IMG/VR virus record: IMGVR_UViG_3300021168_000019
Coordinates: 1-26,671 of that record
Reading direction: 5' to 3' (one strand)
Source: a virus
Lineage: Duplodnaviria > Heunggongvirae > Uroviricota > Caudoviricetes
Length of the DNA: 26,671 nucleotides
Shown here: positions 7,568-12,647 of the stretch, piece by piece
How the letters are laid out: each line of letters starts with the position of its first letter
Position numbering within the stretch: position 1 is the first letter of the stretch
The notes under the pieces: model-generated
What the model was told of the DNA's origin: nothing
The model's input: the letters and a program-made list of their open reading frames with translations, nothing else
Databases searched by the model: none
Translations under genes and position numbers: made by a program

Positions 7568-7776
7568 ATCAATCCTCTATATGAGAATGTAATCGCATCT
7601 GCTAGTATATTTGATTCGCCAACTGGCAGAGTTACACTAGCTGTCTCTCCGCAACTACCATCTTCTTTAGCTGGATTCCGAACAGTCACACTAAGATGCC
7701 CATCCTCAAAGTTGATAGATATGTACTCAGGATAGTTAACTCCCGGTGCAGTATATGCAAATAGATTGCGTCTCAT
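7564..7776 (-). CDS. Hypothetical protein (70 aa)
   Basis: AAGGA SD and an ATGA overlap with the hydrolase start. Confidence 0.65.
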   Translation of the reverse strand: MRRNLFAYTAPGVNYPEYISINFEDGHLSVTVRNPAKEDGSCGETASVTLPVGESNILADAITFSYRGLI

Positions 7777-7789
7777 GTGTTCCTTAATT

Positions 7790-7863
7790 TGGCATGGGAC
7801 AGAGGACTTGAACCCCTAAGTACCGGGTTGGAGCCGGTCAGTTTGCCATTAGCTTAGTCCCAT
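7790..7863 (-). tRNA. trnW: tRNA-Trp(CCA)
   Basis: ATGGGAC...ACCGG CTCCAAC CCGGT...AGGGG TTCAAGT CCTCT GTCCCAT G CCA. Confidence 0.9.
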
Positions 7864-7929
7864 GTGTATAGCCGACTGTTAACTTTTTTTGTGTATTTGT
7901 TCCGTGGAACGGAATCGACTAGCTTAAAT

Positions 7930-8005
7930 TGGAGCGCCCAAGGTTACTCGAAAACCTACGCTTTCGCTTACAAGGCGAATGCTCTGCCACTTGAGCTATA
8001 GGCGC
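7930..8005 (-). tRNA. trnT: tRNA-Thr(UGU)
   Basis: GCGCCTA TA GCTC AAGTGGCA GAGC A TTCGC CTTGTAA GCGAA...AGGTT TTCGAGT AACCT TGGGCGC T CCA. Confidence 0.92.
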
Positions 8006-8007
8006 AA

Positions 8008-8114
8008 TCCTCTAATCTTGTCAGCGTTTCTACAGATAGGTCAACTTCTCCCTGTAGAGTACGTAGAGGCACGTTTCATATACTAGCGCCTTGACCCGGC
8101 TACGGTATAGAGGA
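8008..8114 (-). ncRNA. Candidate structured ncRNA (multi-stem with long-range pseudoknot) between tRNA-Cys and tRNA-Thr
   Basis: Stems TCCTCTA/TAGAGGA, CGTAG/CTACG, GGCGC/GTGCC and TCTACAG/CTGTAGA, plus loop-loop GGTCAA/TTGACC. No ORF in the spacer. Family not recognised. Confidence 0.5.
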
Positions 8115-8136
8115 AGAACGTGGACGCACTTCAATT

Positions 8137-8216
8137 TGGACTACCCAAAGGGATTCGAACCCCTGATATATAGGTGGGTTGCAGCCACCCGCGTTGAACC
8201 ACTTCGCCATAGGTAG
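8137..8216 (-). tRNA. trnC: tRNA-Cys(GCA), 8-nt variable loop
   Basis: CTACCTA TG GCG AAGTGGTTCAA CGC G GGTGG CTGCAAC CCACC TATATATC AGGGG TTCGAAT CCCTT TGGGTAG T CCA. U73 discriminator as in Cys tRNAs. Confidence 0.9.
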
Positions 8217-8224
8217 ACAAGTAT

Positions 8225-8275
8225 TGCACCCCATTGCCTACAAACGCCTATTAGTAGGTGCATCTAAGGCGTAGG
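8225..8275 (-). ncRNA. Candidate H-type pseudoknot in the tRNA-Gly 3' trailer
   Basis: ACGCCT(8272-8267)/AGGCGT(8249-8244) interleaved with TGCACC(8262-8257)/GGTGCA(8230-8225). CCTAC/GTAGG can extend either stem. Confidence 0.35.
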
Positions 8276-8280
8276 AAAAC

Positions 8281-8356
8281 TGGAGCGGAATAAGAGAGTT
8301 GCACTCTTACCTAGTGGGTGGAAGCCACGTATGCTGCTATTAAACACTAATCCCGC
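8281..8356 (-). tRNA. trnG: tRNA-Gly(UCC) with non-canonical D- and T-loops
   Basis: GCGGGAT TA GTGT TTAATAGCA GCAT A CGTGG CTTCCAC CCACT AGGT AAGAG TGCAACT CTCTT ATTCCGC T CCA. G1-C72, C2-G71 and U73 fit Gly identity. Confidence 0.85.
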
Positions 8357-8725
8357 TTAACTCCCGTGTATGCCTTTCATATTGCGACGTTCTTCAGGAG
8401 TAGCAAAGTACTCTACTTTCAAATTCTGTTCCTGCATCATGGCGTCTACTCTAGAATCGATGCCGTCAAGTTGGCCCAATCTTCGCATAGTCTCCAGCTT
8501 ATGCCACGCTCGAAACTTATCTGATTCGCAGCATTTACGGAACGCCTCTTGTCTATTCTTATACTGCTCACGTCCGTCTCTATGTTCCCCGACTGCGCCT
8601 GAAGCAGTGTGAATGCATCGTACACCATTTTGTTTAGCGTTTCGATGCTGTCCACCGTTACCTCCGGTACAGAAGGTTTGAAATTCGAAGTCTTTGGCGG
8701 TTAACGAAAATAGTAACTGCTTCAT
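8357..8725 (-). CDS. Stand-alone class I release factor GGQ-domain protein (ArfB/PrfH-like peptidyl-tRNA hydrolase)
   Basis: FCTGGNGGQHRN...GVRCIH.ASG......GREQYKNRQEAF matches the RF-1 domain pattern (GPGGQ.VNK..S.VR..H.PSG......RSQ..N...A). No stop-codon recognition domain. Strong AAGGAGG SD. Confidence 0.88.
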   Translation of the reverse strand: MKQLLFSLTAKDFEFQTFCTGGNGGQHRNAKQNGVRCIHTASGAVGEHRDGREQYKNRQEAFRKCCESDKFRAWHKLETMRRLGQLDGIDSRVDAMMQEQNLKVEYFATPEERRNMKGIHGS

Positions 8726-8834
8726 ACTCCTCCTTACAGACTTTCCTATATATCCTAAAGATCATAGTGAGTGCCATAAGTACTAGCACTAATATAATTG
8801 CGTGATACTGCGGTGCAAGTAAAATCCAATCCAT
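8658..8834 (-). CDS. Small single-pass membrane protein (58 aa)
   Basis: Start moved to ATG 8834 (AAAGGTGAG SD). MDWILLAPQYHAIILVLVLMALTMIFRIYRK has one hydrophobic helix followed by basic residues. Overlaps the RF-like gene by 68 nt. Confidence 0.5.
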   Translation of the reverse strand: MDWILLAPQYHAIILVLVLMALTMIFRIYRKVCKEEYEAVTIFVNRQRLRISNLLYRR

Positions 8835-8849
8835 ACTCACCTTTCTTAC

Positions 8850-8925
8850 TGGCGGGAATAGCGGGATTCGAACCCGCACCTTTCACCTTGACAAGATGGC
8901 ATCATCACCATTAGACCATATCCCC
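8850..8925 (-). tRNA. trnD: tRNA-Asp(GUC)
   Basis: GGGGATA...CCATC TTGTCAA GGTGA...GCGGG TTCGAAT CCCGC TATTCCC G CCA. G73 discriminator. Confidence 0.9.
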
Positions 8926-8930
8926 TAATT

Positions 8931-9005
8931 TGGCACGGGGTCATGGATTCGAACCACGATGAGCAGAGTCAAAGTCTGCCGTCCTAGCCGTTGAACGAAC
9001 CCCGT
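8931..9005 (-). tRNA. trnQ: tRNA-Gln(UUG)
   Basis: ACGGGGT TC GTTC AACGGCTA GGAC G GCAGA CTTTGAC TCTGC TCAT CGTGG TTCGAAT CCATG ACCCCGT G CCA. Confidence 0.9.
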
Positions 9006-9006
9006 G

Positions 9007-9228
9007 TTAAAACTTCATGTGACGTGTGTTCCACAAAATAGTGTAAACTATCTTGCACCTACAGCCGCGTACATTATCCTTACCAGTTCCGAAGCATTGG
9101 TCATTCTTACCCGGTTGGCATCTTTCTCCATCGCAGAACGAATCGTCACAATCTGCTACATGATTGGCCGGGTCATGGTCACACCACGGAGCGCACTCGT
9201 CATGGTCCATTGCGCCTAACTTCCGCAT
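9007..9228 (-). CDS. Small Cys/Asp/His-rich hypothetical protein
   Basis: 73 aa with 8 Cys, filling the gap between the previous ORF and tRNA-Gln. The start could be the second Met. Confidence 0.5.
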   Translation of the reverse strand: MRKLGAMDHDECAPWCDHDPANHVADCDDSFCDGERCQPGKNDQCFGTGKDNVRGCRCKIVYTILWNTRHMKF

Positions 9229-9446
9229 AATTCCTTTTCAATTGTAGCGTCAATTAGTTTCACTAAAATAGCTAACTCTTCAATTGTCAGACAACTATGC
9301 TTTAGCTCAAACCCAAAGGGGCATTTTGTGTGAACAGGTTGCGTGTGATATTTATAAACCATACCTACTTCATCTGCATAACCCGGTCCTGACTCTTTCC
9401 AAATCGAAAAGTTTCCTTGAGAATTCTTATAAGATACTAACGGCAT
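9216..9446 (-). CDS. Hypothetical protein (76 aa)
   Basis: The track start (9470) lies inside tRNA-Gln(CUG). ATG 9446 (MPLVSY) has AAAGGA upstream. Confidence 0.6.
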   Translation of the reverse strand: MPLVSYKNSQGNFSIWKESGPGYADEVGMVYKYHTQPVHTKCPFGFELKHSCLTIEELAILVKLIDATIEKELCGS

Positions 9447-9460
9447 TTCTTTTCCTTTCT

Positions 9461-9534
9461 TGGCACCCACGCGATGAATCGAACATCGGCCTGCTGAGTC
9501 AGAGTCAGCGGTCCTGCCACTAAACGAAATGGGT
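9461..9534 (-). tRNA. trnQ: tRNA-Gln(CUG)
   Basis: ACCCATT TC GTTT AGTGGCA GGAC C GCTGA CTCTGAC TCAGC AGGC CGATG TTCGATT CATCG CGTGGGT G CCA. One mismatch at 7:66. Confidence 0.88.
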
Positions 9535-9535
9535 G

Positions 9536-9721
9536 TTACTTAGGCCGATGAGTGGAATCGTATTCAAAATCTTTAACCTTAGAAGGGTCAAATGCGCCAC
9601 TCTCTACCAATGAGATAGCTCTTGGTAAAAATAAATCCCTAATAAGTTTTAACTGTTCAAGGTTAACAGTCCAAGAGGCGCTAGTAACATCTCCATCGAA
9701 GATTATTTTAAAATCATTCAT
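9536..9721 (-). CDS. Hypothetical protein (61 aa)
   Basis: ATGA overlap with the upstream ORF. TAA lies 1 nt before tRNA-Gln(CUG). Confidence 0.6.
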   Translation of the reverse strand: MNDFKIIFDGDVTSASWTVNLEQLKLIRDLFLPRAISLVESGAFDPSKVKDFEYDSTHRPK

Positions 9722-9882
9722 GCGTTTTCAAACTCCGGTACATTCGGCTTACTCGGCCATGCAAGTGTTGGACCAATCTCCTTCGCCAGCTTGTGATAGT
9801 CGTCATAGTTAGTTGCCAAATCCCGGTAATACTCCCCGAGAATCCTACGCTGTTCAACTCGCGCTGCTCTAGTAGATTCCAT
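9718..9882 (-). CDS. Hypothetical protein (54 aa)
   Basis: Start moved to ATG 9882 (MESTRAAR) because of the AGAAAGGAAAC SD. Confidence 0.6.
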   Translation of the reverse strand: MESTRAARVEQRRILGEYYRDLATNYDDYHKLAKEIGPTLAWPSKPNVPEFENA

Positions 9883-10042
9883 GTTTCCTTTCTTTGCAGT
9901 ATGGACCTTCATGATTATCAGCACAGGGTTGTGAAGCTTCTAGTTCTTCTGCGCTGGCTTTCGATAGCCATTCTTCTGTTTCGCACGCTAGGCAAACTCT
10001 GCGCCGTTCTGCCATTTGTTTGCGCCATTGCATGTAATCCAT
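9869..10042 (-). CDS. Hypothetical protein (57 aa) with CxxC and C/H residues
   Basis: Not in the ORF track. Manual translation MDYMQWRKQMAERRRVCLACETEEWLSKASAEELEASQPCADNHEGPYCKERKHGIY*. AGAAAGGAAAC SD. Confidence 0.6.
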   Translation of the reverse strand: MDYMQWRKQMAERRRVCLACETEEWLSKASAEELEASQPCADNHEGPYCKERKHGIY

Positions 10043-10053
10043 GTTTCCTTTCT
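9878..10053. repeat. 16-nt direct repeat covering the RBS and start of two adjacent small ORFs
   Basis: Minus strand AGAAAGGAAACATGGA at 10053-10038 and 9893-9878. Confidence 0.75.
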
Positions 10054-10102
10054 CGGCTCGGATGTTTTCGCAAGACCCCGATAGTTTTACTTGACACCGA
10101 CT

Positions 10103-10177
10103 TGGTGGGGTATCAGAGATTCGAACTCTGGTTAACGGATTGAAAGTCCACTTTCCTAACCACTGGAAGAATACCCC
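10103..10177 (-). tRNA. trnE: tRNA-Glu(UUC)
   Basis: GGGGTAT TC TTCC AGTGGTTA GGAA A GTGGA CTTTCAA TCCGT TAAC CAGAG TTCGAAT CTCTG ATACCCC A CCA. Confidence 0.88.
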
Positions 10178-10242
10178 ATAACTTAATCGCTCGGTTAGGT
10201 TGCGCTCAATTCAAACCGATAGTTTCTGGAGACACGACATTT

Positions 10243-10317
10243 TGGTGGACAGTGAGAGAATCGAACTCTCAACTTCGGCTTGCAAAGCCACTATTTTCCC
10301 GTTAGAACTAACCGCCC
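10243..10317 (-). tRNA. trnA: tRNA-Ala(UGC)
   Basis: GGGCGGT...GTGGC TTTGCAA GCCGA AGTT GAGAG TTCGATT CTCTC ACTGTCC A CCA. G3:U70 and A73 Ala identity elements are present. Confidence 0.92.
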
Positions 10318-10319
10318 AC

Positions 10320-11042
10320 TTAAAACAAATGTAACAAAGCGCCACTGATAACGCCAGCTACGTATCCAATACCGAAAGCCTTCAGTTTCCCTACACGGGC
10401 CTTAGCCTTCTCAGCGTTCAAATCAATAGTACACTGTTTCTGTGTATCTGTCAACTGCAACTGCAAACCGCCTACAAGAGTCTTGCCCTGATCGATCAGA
10501 CCGTTTGCCTTATCGACATCGGCCTGAAGATTGGACTCCTTTACTTTCTCATCACTCAAGTCTTTTGTCAAGACCGGAACAGATTCCAGTTGGATGACCG
10601 TTGCCACGGCTGCGGATTCTGTAACAGCGTATCCTCCGGCTGACGGCCCAACTCCCTTATCATTTACAAATGTGCTCCAACGAAATGCTAGATCACTTGG
10701 TGCAAGAGTTGAATCTGTCTTTTGCTGTACGGATAGTTGACTGTCACGAGCGCCGATAGCAGTTGCTAGCTTTTGGTTAGCCTCTGCGAACACTGTTAAC
10801 TGTTGCTGATATGATTGTAACGTTTGCTGTGCTTGTGTCAGCGATTCTTGGTTCTTAGCAGCTTGCGCGGCTGTTACAGCGGCAGCTTCAGTTGCTTTGT
10901 GGCCTTCATACGTTGACACAATGCCCAGACCTTTATTAACGGCAAAGAATGAAACCCCAACTAATAGAACCGTAATGATAAGACGTTCATGAACCTTAAG
11001 CCACGATTCCGTAACCTTAAGTTCGTTTGTTGGCTCGTTCAT
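10320..11042 (-). CDS. Membrane-anchored coiled-coil protein, possibly spanin-like
   Basis: N-terminal TM (LIITVLLVGVSFFAV), long Ala/Gln heptad region, and C-terminal hydrophobic segment (AFGIGYVAGVISGALLHLF). Function is inferred only. Confidence 0.6.
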   Translation of the reverse strand: MNEPTNELKVTESWLKVHERLIITVLLVGVSFFAVNKGLGIVSTYEGHKATEAAAVTAAQAAKNQESLTQAQQTLQSYQQQLTVFAEANQKLATAIGARDSQLSVQQKTDSTLAPSDLAFRWSTFVNDKGVGPSAGGYAVTESAAVATVIQLESVPVLTKDLSDEKVKESNLQADVDKANGLIDQGKTLVGGLQLQLTDTQKQCTIDLNAEKAKARVGKLKAFGIGYVAGVISGALLHLF

Positions 11043-11202
11043 GTGTTATCTCCTCACTACATGGTGGGAGCAATGGTTCATTACTAAACCAATCCATCCC
11101 GGCCCACTCCTGAAATTGACTCCATCCATTAGTAGGTTTTGTTTCCGGCTTAGGGTGTAGTCTATCTTCAGTAGTCTTTGGGTTTAATCTATCCTGTGCC
11201 AT
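11017..11202 (-). CDS. Hypothetical protein (61 aa)
   Basis: Start moved to ATG 11202 (MAQDRL), right after the upstream TAA, with GAGG upstream. Confidence 0.5.
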   Translation of the reverse strand: MAQDRLNPKTTEDRLHPKPETKPTNGWSQFQEWAGMDWFSNEPLLPPCSEEITHERANKRT

Positions 11203-11203
11203 A

Positions 11204-11347
11204 TTACCTCGCGTGTTTCTTAGCTTTCTTAGGAAGTTTCTTTCCCTTAGAAGCTGCGTTCCATTCATTTACATCAACGCCTTCTTTCTCAAGTTTCTTC
11301 TTGTTAGCGTTGAAGAATGCTGCTTGTGCTTTACTTTTGTACGGCAT
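11204..11347 (-). CDS. Small Lys-rich basic protein (47 aa)
   Basis: Not in the ORF track. MPYKSKAQAAFFNANKKKLEKEGVDVNEWNAASKGKKLPKKAKKHAR*, with a GGAGAGAGG SD. The MPxKSxAQ start is a pattern I recognise from small phage proteins. Confidence 0.7.
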   Translation of the reverse strand: MPYKSKAQAAFFNANKKKLEKEGVDVNEWNAASKGKKLPKKAKKHAR

Positions 11348-11888
11348 CCTCTCTCCATGTTCTAATTACATCACCTAGTTGCTTCCACTCTTTATAAGTA
11401 AAATGAGTATTCTTCCCGATATTGCACCGTTTGCAGCATACAACTACATTATCCATTGTGTATGGAAGTGCACTATCTTTTCTATCTAGATTAGTAGCTG
11501 ATGAGTAGTCCTTGCCTCTTTGTCTAAATTTTGCCCAAAGAATCCTAGCTCCACAATAGTGACATTCATGTACAGTTGTGAATGTTAGAAACTCTTCATA
11601 ACTTATAAACACACGATGGTTGTCCAGTTTATCAAGTCTATTTTTCCATCCATTGTATAGGGCTTCATAAGGGCGTTTTCTCCGATATGGACGAATTGCT
11701 TTTAAACCCGGACTGCAATTACGACACGGGCCTCCTCTTTTTAAGTCTTGAGATAAACAAGTAAATTCTCTACCGCAGTCACATTTGACATTCCATAAAG
11801 GACGACTGCCAACGTGACTGTGTAAAGACAAGACAACTCTCTTATCGAATCTTTGCCCAGATAGATCAACCTTTAATCCCTTGTTCAT
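11331..11888 (-). CDS. HNH homing endonuclease
   Basis: N-terminal DLSGQRF...WNVKCDCG (typical homing endonuclease DNA-binding module) and CHYCG...LDRKDS...YTMDNVVVCCKRCNIGK nuclease core. Confidence 0.85.
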   Translation of the reverse strand: MNKGLKVDLSGQRFDKRVVLSLHSHVGSRPLWNVKCDCGREFTCLSQDLKRGGPCRNCSPGLKAIRPYRRKRPYEALYNGWKNRLDKLDNHRVFISYEEFLTFTTVHECHYCGARILWAKFRQRGKDYSSATNLDRKDSALPYTMDNVVVCCKRCNIGKNTHFTYKEWKQLGDVIRTWREDAVQK

Positions 11889-12279
11889 GCTTTTCGATCC
11901 TTGTTTTTACCCAAGCTTCAAGTTTACTGGCTACCTTAGAAAACGGCCCTTTGACTCTATCATCGATAAGATTTCCATTCTCTTGCGCATCCAGTAGAAT
12001 TCCAAGACATGCCCTAGCGTGTCCTAGATGGTGAACTCCGCTGTCACTTGCTACGTCTTCACCTTCTAACCATGCACTAAGATGGCGCTGTGCGGCGTCT
12101 ACATAGATACGCGCTTTAACGTCTTTCTGACGCCAATTACGAAATCCATATTTCAAATCTCCATCTAACATAGCACAAGCTTCATGCGCTATAGCTGCGG
12201 GGCAGACTTCTCCCATTGGAACCTTCTTAATTCCAAGAAGGTCTTTCGGATTGTTACTTTCCTTTGTAGCGGTTGACAT
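11866..12279 (-). CDS. dATP/dGTP diphosphohydrolase-domain protein (DUF5664 / dGTP_diPhyd_N-like)
   Basis: NPKD..G.KK.P......AM..G..KYG..NWR......Y.DA..RHL..W..GED...DSG.HHL.HA.AC..IL pattern. Confidence 0.85.
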   Translation of the reverse strand: MSTATKESNNPKDLLGIKKVPMGEVCPAAIAHEACAMLDGDLKYGFRNWRQKDVKARIYVDAAQRHLSAWLEGEDVASDSGVHHLGHARACLGILLDAQENGNLIDDRVKGPFSKVASKLEAWVKTRIEKHEQGIKG

Positions 12280-12460
12280 TCTTTTTCTCTCCTTTAAAGA
12301 ATCTCTTTACTATATCCCACCAAGTTTCCCTTCCAACTACGCAATGAATAATGTTTCGCTGTAAAAGAACGTACCAACGTCCGTCATTCTTTAGTCTAAA
12401 CTCTTGACCAATTTCGACATCACAAAGGTTCTCACCCGGCTTGAAGATAAAGTATTTCAT
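12254..12460 (-). CDS. Hypothetical protein (68 aa)
   Basis: TAATG coupling to the upstream ORF, with GAGG SD. Confidence 0.6.
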   Translation of the reverse strand: MKYFIFKPGENLCDVEIGQEFRLKNDGRWYVLLQRNIIHCVVGRETWWDIVKRFFKGEKKNVNRYKGK

Positions 12461-12639
12461 TATTTCCTCATGTACTTGTCGTAAAGTTCATCCCACCAAT
12501 AGTAACGTGTGATTGCACAAGCCGTGGTAGTCTTCTTATCTAATCGATATCGCTTACCGCGAACAGTAATGATATCTCCTACCTTTGCGGCATGAATTGT
12601 TTCCATAGCCTCTTCGGACTCTTCCCAACAAGCAGGCAT
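12460..12639 (-). CDS. Hypothetical protein (59 aa)
   Basis: Not in the ORF track. MPACWEESEEAMETIHAAKVGDIITVRGKRYRLDKKTTTACAITRYYWWDELYDKYMRK*, with AGGAG SD and TAATG overlap downstream. Confidence 0.7.
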   Translation of the reverse strand: MPACWEESEEAMETIHAAKVGDIITVRGKRYRLDKKTTTACAITRYYWWDELYDKYMRK

Positions 12640-12647
12640 GTTATCTC

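Noticed and set aside
7319-7735. 138-aa + strand ORF
   Set aside because: It is antisense to the SleB hydrolase and the 70-aa ORF, both of which fit the minus-strand operon. No motif.
8006-8136. Hammerhead ribozyme reading (GAAAC...GUA, CTGTAGA or CTGACAAGA as the core)
   Set aside because: No exact CUGANGA, and stems I and II cannot form around the candidate core.
10178-10242. Hairpin TCGGTT/AACCGA in the Ala-Glu spacer, and weak stems at 10054-10100
   Set aside because: Single short stems with large loops and no second interaction, which is compatible with chance.
7790-10317. Stop-codon recoding or suppressor tRNAs (prompted by the release-factor-like gene)
   Set aside because: No CUA, UUA or UCA anticodon. 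All large genes are intact in code 11 and TAA, TAG and TGA all serve as stops. tRNA-Trp has G11-C24 and a 5-bp anticodon stem, so it is not a Hirsh-type or 4-bp-stem UGA reader.
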